NCBI GenBank assembly: GCA_040218735.1
Contig: JAVJQW010000020.1
Location: forward strand, 1 to 64,000
Direction of reading: 5' to 3'
Length of the DNA: 64,000 nt
Source of the DNA: Deltaproteobacteria bacterium
Lineage (GTDB): Bacteria > Myxococcota > Kuafuiibacteriia > Kuafuiibacteriales > Kuafuiibacteriaceae
Below, piece after piece: positions 1 through 10,539 of this stretch (position 1 is its first letter; each line of letters begins with the position of its first letter). Made by a program: the position numbers and the translations under genes. The notes below the pieces were generated by a model that searched no databases, was not told the DNA's origin, and saw only the letters and a list, made by a program, of their open reading frames with translations.

Positions 1-1651
1 TCGGCGGGGCGGTCCGGCTGTCGGAATCGCCGCGCCCGATGTCTGCGCTCCGCTGGACGTGTTGCCCGATCCCAACGCCTGCATCGTCGTGATCTCGTGC
101 TGATGTGAAGTCCTACAAACCGTGGTCGCCGATGCAGTCGCATCTCCTTCCGCCGTCGCCATCGGACTGGTTGCCCGACGGCCACCTCGCCTACTTCATC
201 TTGGATGTCGTCGCGGAGCTCGACCTCAGAGCGTTCCATGCTGCGACGCAGAGCAAAGACGCCCGCGGCGCACGCCCCTACGCGCCCGACCTCATGGTCG
301 CGCTGCTCCTCTACGGTTACTGCACCGGCGTCTTCTCCTCGCGGCGCATCGCACGCGCGACCTACGAGGACGTTCCGTTTCGCGTGATCGCCGGCGAGTG
401 CCATCCGCACTTCACGCGCGTCGCCGCCTTTCGTCGCGATCATCTGCGCGAGCTCGAAGGCTTGTTCCTCCAAGTCCTCCGACTCTGTGAGAAGGCCGGC
501 ATCGTGAAGCTCGGTCACGTCGCGATCGATGGCTCGAAGATCCAAGCCAACGCGAGCAAACACAAAGCGATGAGCTACGACCGAATGAAGAAGGACGAAG
601 ATCGTCTCCTCAACGAGATCAGCGACCTCATGGAGTTGGCCGAGCAAACCGACAACCAGGAAGACGCAAAGTACGGCGAGGGCATCGATCCGCTCGACCT
701 ACCCGCGGAGTTGAAGCGCCGCGAGGATCGCCTCGCGAAGATTCGCGAAGCGAAGGAGGCCCTCGAACGCGAAGCACGCCAAGGCCGGCTCGCTCACGTC
801 GAAGAGGTCACCGAACGCACGCTCGCAAACGCACATCGCCACGAGGAACCGGCGACTCGCAAGCGCGTCCAGACCCAAGCCAAGAACCGGCTGAAGGAGG
901 CCCAGGAGCAGCTCGGTCGAGATGACGACGATGACGAACCGCCTTCCCCCACCACACGGCAGGGCCTGAAGAAACATCGGCCCCGAAGCTCGACCGACGG
1001 CACACCGAAACCTGACGCCCAACGCAACTTCACCGACCCCGACAGCCGCATCATGGAACGCAACTCGACATTCCTTCAGGCCTACAACTGTCAGCTCGCC
1101 GTCGACGGGGAGCATCAGGTGATCGTCGCTCACGCCGTCTCCAACCAGTCACCGGATTCGGCCAATCTCGATCCCGTCCTCCGCCAGGTCGTCGACAACT
1201 GCGGGCGCGCACCCGATGTCACCACGGCCGATGCGGGCTACTGGAGGGAGTCCGTCCCGAACCTTGGCGACGACGTCGGCACCCAGCTCTTCGTGAACGT
1301 GCCGAAACGTCATCCTCCGACCGAGGCCGAGATCAACGACCCGACGAACCAGTCACCGCGCCCGCGGATGATGCGCGCTCTTCGCGCTCCAGAAGGACGG
1401 CGCGCCTACGCGCGGCGGAAGGCGGTGGTCGAACCAGTCTTCGGGCAGATCAAGGAGCCACGTGGATTTCGGCGATTCCTCCTTCGAGGGATCGAGAAGG
1501 CCATCGGTGAATGGTCACTCGTCAGCACGACGCACAACTTGCTCAAGCTCTTCCGAGCGCTCGCCGTAGCGGCCTGATGCGGGACGCGCGGAAGATTCAG
1601 TCGCGCGTCACCTCCAACGAACCTCAAACCAAATTTGCTACGGCCTCCTAG
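1..1651 (+). mobile_element. IS1182-family insertion sequence (left end not determined, possibly outside the window)
   Basis: Contains the IS1182-type transposase. Downstream sequence ends TTTGCTACGGCCTCCTAG (CTAG at 1648-1651), taken as the probable right end/target site. No convincing matching left inverted repeat in 1-104. Confidence 0.65.
105..1577 (+). CDS. IS1182-family DDE transposase
   Basis: N-terminal DUF772-like segment (LLPPSPSDWLPDGHLAYFI; LLLYGYCTGVFSSRRIARAT), AIDGSKIQANAS, NFTDPDSRIM, AYNCQLAVD, ADAGY and RRKAVVEPVFGQIKE motifs. Confidence 0.95.
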   Translation: MKSYKPWSPMQSHLLPPSPSDWLPDGHLAYFILDVVAELDLRAFHAATQSKDARGARPYAPDLMVALLLYGYCTGVFSSRRIARATYEDVPFRVIAGECHPHFTRVAAFRRDHLRELEGLFLQVLRLCEKAGIVKLGHVAIDGSKIQANASKHKAMSYDRMKKDEDRLLNEISDLMELAEQTDNQEDAKYGEGIDPLDLPAELKRREDRLAKIREAKEALEREARQGRLAHVEEVTERTLANAHRHEEPATRKRVQTQAKNRLKEAQEQLGRDDDDDEPPSPTTRQGLKKHRPRSSTDGTPKPDAQRNFTDPDSRIMERNSTFLQAYNCQLAVDGEHQVIVAHAVSNQSPDSANLDPVLRQVVDNCGRAPDVTTADAGYWRESVPNLGDDVGTQLFVNVPKRHPPTEAEINDPTNQSPRPRMMRALRAPEGRRAYARRKAVVEPVFGQIKEPRGFRRFLLRGIEKAIGEWSLVSTTHNLLKLFRALAVAA

Positions 1652-1726
1652 ACCATAACGCCGGCCCGCTCCGCGGGACGGCTTGGCACAGTCTTCGGAC
1701 CGGTCGCTGACGCGACCGGCCTCAGC

Positions 1727-3694
1727 CTAGACGTCCGGGCGGCACACAAACGTGCCCGGGCCGTTCTCCACGCAGGTGAGGCCTGCGCAGCACTCGTTCT
1801 GCGCGGGCTCGCAGCGATCGCCGATCTGTTTGCACATCGGGCCGCCGTCGCCCGGGTTGCCGGGGTCGATGCCGCCGTCGCTCGGGGGGACGATGCGGGT
1901 GGTCCACTGGGCGATGTGGTTCGACGTGTCGAGGTCCTGGAAGGGGAGGGCGAAGGCCGGGTAGCTGCCGTCTTCGCCGGCGAGGATCGCGTCGGGGTCG
2001 AGCGCGGTCATCCACAACAGCTGGTTGCTGCCGCTCGGGGAGCGCAGGCCGTACTGGCGGCGCGAGGAGAACGTGAACCACATGAGGCGACCGCTGCCGT
2101 CGCGGTTCTTGGCGTCGACGAAGGGCGCCCACTTCGGGAACGTGTTCGAGAGGTCCTCGTTGCCCTCGTCGCGGACGCCCGGGGCGTTCACGCGGTCGAG
2201 GCGGATCGGGGTGCCGCCGTCGGCCGGGACCGCCCAGAGCTTGGCGATCTCGTCGGCGTCGGCGTCGCAGCTGCCGTCGTAGATCTCGCCGTTCGGGCAG
2301 ATCGATTCGCAGTACACCAGGAACTGCGCGTCGGGCGCGTAGGCCGGGTAGTAGCGGTTGAAGCCGTCGGCCTCCGGTACGAGATCGATCGGCGCGCTCC
2401 ACCCGCCACCATTCAGCGCCTCGACGTAGCTGATCCCGCCGCGCCCCGGACGCTGCGAAGTCTGGTGTCGCGTCACCTTCGTGTACGCGATGCGGTCGCC
2501 GCGCGGCGACCAGTCCGGGTGCGTCGGCTCGTGTCCGAGCGGGATCGACTCGATGACGTCACCGTTGTTGCCGTCGCGGATACGGATGTTCGTGTCCGGC
2601 GGGTTGCCGTCGCCGTAGATCGCCGCGAACTGATTCGAGTCCGGGTTCCAGGACTGGAACTGCTCGCGGCGATCGTCCGAGATTGGCGTCAGCTCCGCGC
2701 GTGCCTCCACGTCGATCACCGTGAACCGGCCGTCGTTCTGCCCGTTCTGGCTGAGCGTCATGCGGCGCCCGTTGCGCGACACCGCGTGGCAGCCGTAACA
2801 CCCGCCGCCCGAGAACGGATAGAAGCGCTCCGGCGTCTGATCCGGGTCACCGAAGTCGACGCGCATGATCGAAGTGCCGTTCGAGGTCGTCCAGTAGTAG
2901 ATGCCGCCGATGACGTCGACCGGCGCGATGTTCATCGCAAACGTCGCCGACGTCCCGCTCGTGTCGTCGCCCTCCGACGTCCCGCGCACGGTGATCTCGA
3001 TCGGCGCGACGCCGCGCGCGGTGTTCGACAGCAGCGTCCACACGTCCGGGCTCGTCGTGTACAGGCAGCCGCGTCCCAGCGACTCGCACCGCGTGTAGAC
3101 CAATACGTCGAGGCCGTTGGCCGCGAAGCGGATCTCGAAGAGGTCGTTGCCGTCGCCGGGCAGGAAGTGAATCTCCACGCGCCCGAGGTTCGGCGGGAAG
3201 ATCACGCCGTCGTTCGGATAGACGAGCGTAGGCGCGCGCCCCGCGTCGTCCGTCGTTCCACTGAATACATCGCCCGGGTTGGGCGGCAGCATCGGCGTCC
3301 CAGGGGGCTGCACCTCGATCACCTGCTCCACCACCACCGTCACCATCGCGCTCGCCGAGAAGCTCCCGACGCGCGCGGTGACCATCGTCTCGCCGCCGGC
3401 GAGGCCGCTGATGAACGTGGCGCCGTCCATGCGGCCCACCATCCGGTCGGACAGCTCGAACGTCGCGCCCGCGGTGACGTCTTCGGGCGTCGGCGCGATC
3501 GTCTCGACCGTGAACGCCTGCTGACCGGACGTCACCCCGTCGATCGTCAGCGTGACGGCTTCGGGGCTGATGCGGATCCCGGTGACGTCGTCGTCGAGCA
3601 CGACGCCGCCGTCACCATCTCCGCCGCCGCCGGGGCCGGAGCCACAGTCACAAGCAGCGAGGAGCAGGAGCGCGACGGGGATGAATCGACGCAT
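1727..3694 (-). CDS. Lipoprotein with Ig-like domain, TolB/PD40-like beta-propeller and Cys-rich C-terminus
   Basis: Lipobox LLAAC; propeller-type repeats (HPDWSPRGDRIAY, YPAYAPDAQFLVY, FPKWAPF); CYGCH before the propeller; 6-Cys tail. Confidence 0.8.
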   Translation of the reverse strand: MRRFIPVALLLLAACDCGSGPGGGGDGDGGVVLDDDVTGIRISPEAVTLTIDGVTSGQQAFTVETIAPTPEDVTAGATFELSDRMVGRMDGATFISGLAGGETMVTARVGSFSASAMVTVVVEQVIEVQPPGTPMLPPNPGDVFSGTTDDAGRAPTLVYPNDGVIFPPNLGRVEIHFLPGDGNDLFEIRFAANGLDVLVYTRCESLGRGCLYTTSPDVWTLLSNTARGVAPIEITVRGTSEGDDTSGTSATFAMNIAPVDVIGGIYYWTTSNGTSIMRVDFGDPDQTPERFYPFSGGGCYGCHAVSRNGRRMTLSQNGQNDGRFTVIDVEARAELTPISDDRREQFQSWNPDSNQFAAIYGDGNPPDTNIRIRDGNNGDVIESIPLGHEPTHPDWSPRGDRIAYTKVTRHQTSQRPGRGGISYVEALNGGGWSAPIDLVPEADGFNRYYPAYAPDAQFLVYCESICPNGEIYDGSCDADADEIAKLWAVPADGGTPIRLDRVNAPGVRDEGNEDLSNTFPKWAPFVDAKNRDGSGRLMWFTFSSRRQYGLRSPSGSNQLLWMTALDPDAILAGEDGSYPAFALPFQDLDTSNHIAQWTTRIVPPSDGGIDPGNPGDGGPMCKQIGDRCEPAQNECCAGLTCVENGPGTFVCRPDV

Positions 3695-3743
3695 GGCGTC
3701 ACTCTTCGTACCGTCATCGCGACCGAGGCCGCAACTCGACGAA

Positions 3744-5258
3744 TCACCGGGAGCGACCGCGCGGCTCGCTGACCTCGAAGCCCCGCGGCGCGGTCACCCG
3801 GAACATCGTCGAGACCTCGCGACGGCCGCGCCCGTCCAGGCGCACGAGGAGCCGCGATAGCCCCGAGTCCGGATTCACCTCCTGCCCGTGCTCTGCGTTC
3901 AGGAGCTTCACGTTGGTGTCGTCGGTGTGACTCACCGGGATGCGCTCGAGCAGCAGCACCTCGATTGGATCGTCCGCGAGGTTCTCGAGCCAGGTCGAGA
4001 CCTCGAAGGTGTGGCTGAGCGTCCCGACGATCGCGCTCTTGTGCGACGACATCTTCGCGGCTCGGCGCACCCGCACCGTGCGCTCCACGCCCAGCGGCAG
4101 CGAGAACTTCTCGCCGGGCTCCACGCGCTCCATCATCGTCTGCCCCGCGTACCCGGGGCCGTCGAAGATGCTCACGCGCCCGGGTAGCAGCACCCGGCGA
4201 CTGTCGTTGGTCACCTCCGCGACGCGCGTCGCGACCGGTCGGCGCCGCGGCGTGATCTCGATGTGAGCGTTCGCGAGCAGCATCTCCTCGTAGAGGAGCA
4301 CCCGCGTCGGCTGCAGCCGCGACGCGACGGTCATGAGGTTCGGCGCGTGCAGCTCGATCGCTGCCGCGCTGTTGGAGTCCATCACCGCCGCGAAGCTCGA
4401 GTCGCCGCCGCCACGCTTCGACCCGCGCAGGACGACCTTCGACAGCTGCGGCGCGTCGTGCAGGACCGGCGGCGGGGCGGTCGTCGCCACGATCTGCACG
4501 TCCTCCCAGTCCTCGCCCGTCGTCTGACTCACGATCGCGACGAGCGCGAGGTGCACGTGCTCCGGGTCGTTGCCCTTCGCAGGGACGTAGCGAGCGTCGT
4601 AACCGGGCGACCAACGCGCGCGCTGCGTGAAGTACGCGAGATCGATCTGCACGCGCGACTTCGCATCCTTCGGACAGTCCACGACGACGCGCACCCGCGA
4701 CCCGACGCGGGTCGGGCGCTCCACCCGTCGCTCCTCCGCGAGGAGATCGGCGAGGCGCTGCTGCAACCGCTTTCGATCCTCACGGCGAATCGCACGCGCC
4801 TTCGCGAGCCGCGAACGTGTCTTGCGGAGGTGGTCGAACGTCTCGGTCCAACGGTCGAGGTGCGGCGTCTCCGAGAGCCAGTCCGCCGAGAGATCCTCCA
4901 TCGCGAGCGTGGCGTAGCGATCGATCAGCGACGTCGCATGCTCCTCCGTGTTCTCGGCGTCGGCGAGCGAGGCGAGCTCGACGTCGATCTCCTTCATCTC
5001 CTCCTGGATCTTGTCGAGGCGCCCTTCTTCGAACTGCTCGTACTCCGGTTCGACGACGACGCTGCGCACACGCGACGCCGTGGCGTGTTCGTCGGAGAGC
5101 ACCCACGCCGCGGCGCGCACCGTGGCGGCGTCGAGGTCGACGGCCAACCCGTCGAAGGCCACGCCCGCCGCCGCTTCGTCACCGCTGACCTCGACCGAGC
5201 GGGTGAGCTCTGCGCGGTCCGTGAACAGGCGCGCTTCGCGAATGCGGCCGACGCTCAT
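3744..5258 (-). CDS. DUF4140/DUF4139 (mucoidy inhibitor MuiA-like) protein
   Basis: N-terminal LFTDRAELTR, coiled coil, ARWSPGYDAR, VSQTTGEDWEDVQIVATTA, LLPGRVSIF and LERIPVS motifs. Confidence 0.85.
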   Translation of the reverse strand: MSVGRIREARLFTDRAELTRSVEVSGDEAAAGVAFDGLAVDLDAATVRAAAWVLSDEHATASRVRSVVVEPEYEQFEEGRLDKIQEEMKEIDVELASLADAENTEEHATSLIDRYATLAMEDLSADWLSETPHLDRWTETFDHLRKTRSRLAKARAIRREDRKRLQQRLADLLAEERRVERPTRVGSRVRVVVDCPKDAKSRVQIDLAYFTQRARWSPGYDARYVPAKGNDPEHVHLALVAIVSQTTGEDWEDVQIVATTAPPPVLHDAPQLSKVVLRGSKRGGGDSSFAAVMDSNSAAAIELHAPNLMTVASRLQPTRVLLYEEMLLANAHIEITPRRRPVATRVAEVTNDSRRVLLPGRVSIFDGPGYAGQTMMERVEPGEKFSLPLGVERTVRVRRAAKMSSHKSAIVGTLSHTFEVSTWLENLADDPIEVLLLERIPVSHTDDTNVKLLNAEHGQEVNPDSGLSRLLVRLDGRGRREVSTMFRVTAPRGFEVSEPRGRSR

Positions 5259-5716
5259 GAGTGCAGCGCCTCCGAGATCGCGTAGTCCTTCGGGCTCTCG
5301 ATCTCGTACGTGAGCATCACGTCCGCGCGGCCCTTCGGTCCGAGGTGCAGCTCGAACGTCAGGACGCCGGACACGTCGTCGAGGCGCGCGTCACGCGGCT
5401 CGGTCTTCATCAGGCGCACGCGGACATTGGCGTCCGCGGAGATCGGGACCTGGTCCTGCACCTCCACCAGCGTCGGCTCCTCGAGGTGGCTCTCCACCTC
5501 CACGTGGACCTCGACCACCCGCACGTCCTCGCCCGGGATGCCGACTTCGCAGTGGACGTCCGGATCGGCTCCCTTGGCGAGCAGCGCCCGAACGCGGTCG
5601 GCATCGTGGGCGAAGGCCGCAGCGATCAGGTCGTCGTCCTTCGAGGCCTCCGCGGTCGAGGCGGCGAAGGTCAGCAGGCATGTGGCGATGACGAGGACGC
5701 GGAGTGAGCGCTGCAT
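5255..5716 (-). pseudogene. Chimeric ORF: signal peptide + one ankyrin repeat fused to the C-terminal fragment of a DUF4139 paralog
   Basis: LIAAAFAHDADRVRALLAKGADPD is ankyrin-like. The remainder (VEVQDQVPISADANVRVRL...GVLTFELHL) parallels the C-terminus of the 3744-5258 protein. Its stop overlaps that gene's start. Confidence 0.6.
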
Positions 5717-5751
5717 CGAAGCAGCGTACCAGGGGCTGGTACAGTCCAGCT

Positions 5752-6279
5752 ATGAACAGACATCAGTGCGCCTCCTTCGGCGCAGCGCTTCTCTGTGTCG
5801 GCTTCGCGCTATTCGATACAACCGTGGCCGCGGCGCAGACGCCCAGCGCGTCGTACGCACCGATCGCCGTCTGCCAAGACGATGGGGTCGGGGGTACGAG
5901 CTCCGGCATCACCCGTGCGGCGCTGACCGGCGCGTACGTCAACGAGCAGCCATCGCAGAGGACCGCTCTCTGCCCGATACTGACCGGCGTTGCCACGCTA
6001 CCCGTCCACAAGATCAACGTCGTGGAGCTGGAGGTCGTCGACTCGCACGCGCAAGACGATCTCGACGCTCGGATCTGCTACCGCGGTCCCGGCGGACCGA
6101 GGGTGTGCGGCCCCTGGGCCAGTTCGACGGGCGCGTCGAGCAACCCGCAGGTGGTGTCGGTGAATCCGCCCGTGAAGGTCACGACGAATCGGACCGCAGC
6201 TTACCTCGAGGTCCGGTTCCCGCCGCGCATCGGATCCTGGGCCGCCGCGTTCTTTCGCTACACGGTCTACGGGTTCTGA
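5752..6279 (+). CDS. Hypothetical secreted protein (~175 aa)
   Basis: ATG at 5752, signal-peptide-like N-terminus ending VAAA-Q, beta-rich mature part with 4 Cys. Confidence 0.65.
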   Translation: MNRHQCASFGAALLCVGFALFDTTVAAAQTPSASYAPIAVCQDDGVGGTSSGITRAALTGAYVNEQPSQRTALCPILTGVATLPVHKINVVELEVVDSHAQDDLDARICYRGPGGPRVCGPWASSTGASSNPQVVSVNPPVKVTTNRTAAYLEVRFPPRIGSWAAAFFRYTVYGF

Positions 6280-6585
6280 CCGGCGGCTCACCGAACCCGG
6301 CGGTTGGCGTCCTCGGCCACGGACGCCTCGGCATCCTCGCCCCCGCAGCTCGACGCCGTCATCGCGTCGTTCCCGCGGGACGGGTCGCCATCCAGGCTGC
6401 GCTGATGGACAGGTGCGTTCGGGTCTATCTAATGTGCCCCACCACCACAACGACGGCCTCAGACCGAGCAGGCACGGCACGCCCTCGGTCGGGATCCATG
6501 CCGACCCACCGGTTGCCGCTTCGCTCGCGTCCCAGAGCCAGCGGCGGAACTGCGCCCCTTACTCGACGACTCCGGATGTACCGCC

Positions 6586-6843
6586 ATGACGCAGACAGGC
6601 CCCACGAAGCAGAAGATCCTCGCCCGCATCGCCGACCTCGAGAGCCAGATCCGCAGGGCGCACGAGTACCTCCAGACGGGGGCGCACGCGCACTGGCATG
6701 GGTTCCGTCCGCTCTTCAACGACAAGATCCAGAACGGACGCGTGGCGCCTCCCCACAAGGACTGGGTCAGGAGCGTCTTCCTGCCGCGTCGCGAGCGCTT
6801 GCTGAGGAAGGCGGAGAAGCTACTCGATCGGCTCGAGCCGTAA
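6586..6843 (+). CDS. Hypothetical small helical protein (85 aa)
   Basis: GC3-biased codons and natural composition; no family recognised. Confidence 0.65.
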   Translation: MTQTGPTKQKILARIADLESQIRRAHEYLQTGAHAHWHGFRPLFNDKIQNGRVAPPHKDWVRSVFLPRRERLLRKAEKLLDRLEP

Positions 6844-7101
6844 CATGAGCGACGGTCTCGAGGTGCTCGACGTCCACTGCGGTGAGATCGACCCGAGACA
6901 CGCCCCCAAGCTCATCACGATGCGATGCCGAGGAACGAGATGACGCGTGGCGCAAAGCCGCGACGCTCATTCATCGCGCTGCCCGTAGGTGTTCGTGTAG
7001 CTCCAGAAGACGAGGGCTAGATGCCCGGCCCGGATCTCGACGCTTTCCGAGTTTATGCCCTCGCGGCGCTGTCAAAACTGAGGGATCGCGCGGAGGTTTC
7101 G

Positions 7102-7145
7102 AAAAACGAAAACCCCGCGAAGGCCGAGGCCCGCGCGGGGTTTCG
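7102..7145 (-). terminator. Rho-independent terminator of groESL
   Basis: Hairpin with arms AAACCCCGCG / CGCGGGGTTT followed by a T run on the minus strand. A second hairpin (GCGGGGCG-N5-CGCCCCGC) lies at 7153-7173. Confidence 0.8.
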
Positions 7146-7189
7146 AAGGCGAGCGGGGCGCACTGCGCCCCGCCGGTCCTAGGCGTTCC

Positions 7190-8899
<1,710 letters not shown>

Positions 8900-9190
8900 C
8901 TACTCGAGGACGCCGAGGATCTCGTCCTCGCGGAGGATGACGTGCTCGACACCCTCGACCTTGATCTCGGTGCCGCTGTACTTGCCGAAGAGGACCTTCT
9001 CGCCCTCCTTGACCGCCAACGCGCGGACCTTGCCGTCGTCGAGCGCCTTGCCGTTGCCGACCGCGACGACGAGCCCCTCGATGGGCTTCTCCTTGGCCGA
9101 ATCGGGGATGATGATCCCGCCCTTCGACTTCTCCTCCGCCTCGACGCGCTTCACCAACAGGCGATCGTGTAGGGGACGAAACTTTGCCAT
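8900..9190 (-). CDS. groES: Co-chaperonin GroES
   Basis: [15 protein letters not shown]...[13 protein letters not shown]; GGAGGT RBS upstream of ATG 9190. Confidence 0.99.
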   Translation of the reverse strand: MAKFRPLHDRLLVKRVEAEEKSKGGIIIPDSAKEKPIEGLVVAVGNGKALDDGKVRALAVKEGEKVLFGKYSGTEIKVEGVEHVILREDEILGVLE

Positions 9191-9226
9191 CTCAACCTCC
9201 AAATGTTCGATATGAGGCGCTTTTCA

Positions 9227-9301
9227 GCGCCGGTTTAGCCACCCGGGGTGGGTGGCTGCTAAACTCGGCGCCTGTTTATTCACCTTCGCGAGACCCGTCA
9301 A
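9227..9301 (-). promoter_or_regulatory. groESL promoter with degenerate CIRCE-like inverted repeat
   Basis: Minus strand reads TTGACG-N17-TAAACA with an A-rich tract upstream, then TTAGCAGCC-N10-GGTGGCTAA (9262-9235) inside a longer inverted repeat (9227-9271). Canonical CIRCE is TTAGCACTC-N9-GAGTGCTAA. Confidence 0.55.
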
Positions 9302-9369
9302 GGAAGACCGTGGGGTTTTTTTCTTTTGCTTCGCTCCCGTCACCGTCCGAGACGTAGGGACGGACGACC

Positions 9370-10536
9370 ATGCACCTTCGAACGCCCTGGTTCGCGCTCC
9401 TCTTGGGGGGCTGCTTCGCCCAAGGCCTCGCGCCCGGCGAATACGACGGAGGCGCGGGCCCGACCTTCGACCCCAACGCGGCCGCCACGGCCTGCTCGGT
9501 CCAGACCCAGGTGTTCGGCCCGTCCTGCACGGGCTGCCACCGCCCCGGCGGCCAAGTCCCCGACCTGACCTTCGACGCCCTCGAAGCCCTCCTCGACGGC
9601 CGCTACGTCGTCCCCGCCGACCCGGCCGGGTCACTCGTGCTCCAGAAGATGTGCGGGACGGCCGGCGGCATCATGCCCCCGAGCGGAATGCTCGACGCCG
9701 ATCGGGTCGGCCTCGTCGAACGCTGGATCGCCGAGGGCGCGTCCTTCGACTGCGAGCCCGGCGAGGTGGTCGAGCCCGAGCGCTACCATCCGGACGACTT
9801 CGCGCTCCCCGAGGTCCACGGCCCGGACCTCAAGAAGGGCGAACAAGACTGCCGCGACTGCCACGGCGTCGACCTCACCGGAGGCGTCGGCCCGAGCTGC
9901 GACGACTGCCACACCCAAGGCTGGCGGACGACGTGCACCTTCTGCCACGGCGGGACCGCGGACGACACCGGCGCGCCGCCCCGCGACCTGAACGGTGTGA
10001 CCGACTACATCGCGCTCACGTTCGCGCCGCACACGGAGCACGTCGTCGGCGCGCGCCACCCGCCGTACGACTGCACGACCTGCCACACCAAACCCGAGGA
10101 CGTCCTCTCCACGAACCACATCTTCGGCGACGCGGTTCGGGGCGTCGCCGAGGTGCGCTTCGAACAGGGCCTCTCGCCGGAGGGGACCTACGCCGACGGC
10201 ACGTGCGACAACCTCTACTGCCACGGCAACGGCCGCGCGACGGGCTCCGCCGCCCGCAACGACGGCGCCCGCCTCTGCGACAGCTGCCACCCGAGCCGCA
10301 TCTCCGGCCGCGACGCCTGGAGCACGATGAGCGGCGAGCACGAAGACCACCTGCGCGAGGGCGTCGACTGCAGCGACTGCCACGCCGCCACCGTCGACGA
10401 CGCCAGCGCGATCGTCGGCCCGATGCTGCACGTGAACGGAACGCCGGATCTCGCGTTCGCGTCCGGCACGATCACCCGCAACGTGACTTGCAGCGGCACG
10501 TGCCACGGCGAGGATCACGACGCGGAAGATTGGTGA
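9370..10536 (+). CDS. Multiheme c-type cytochrome lipoprotein (CxxxxCH/CxxCH type)
   Basis: Lipobox LGGC; seven CxxCH (CTGCH, CRDCH, CDDCH, CTFCH, CTTCH, CDSCH, CSDCH) plus CDNLYCH and CSGTCH. Confidence 0.92.
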   Translation: MHLRTPWFALLLGGCFAQGLAPGEYDGGAGPTFDPNAAATACSVQTQVFGPSCTGCHRPGGQVPDLTFDALEALLDGRYVVPADPAGSLVLQKMCGTAGGIMPPSGMLDADRVGLVERWIAEGASFDCEPGEVVEPERYHPDDFALPEVHGPDLKKGEQDCRDCHGVDLTGGVGPSCDDCHTQGWRTTCTFCHGGTADDTGAPPRDLNGVTDYIALTFAPHTEHVVGARHPPYDCTTCHTKPEDVLSTNHIFGDAVRGVAEVRFEQGLSPEGTYADGTCDNLYCHGNGRATGSAARNDGARLCDSCHPSRISGRDAWSTMSGEHEDHLREGVDCSDCHAATVDDASAIVGPMLHVNGTPDLAFASGTITRNVTCSGTCHGEDHDAEDW

Positions 10537-10539
10537 GGA

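Noticed and set aside
17-29. GGCTGTCGGAATC as the left inverted repeat of the IS
   Set aside because: Only a partial match to the reverse complement of the right end (GGCCGTAGCAAAT) and no flanking CTAG, so it cannot be supported.
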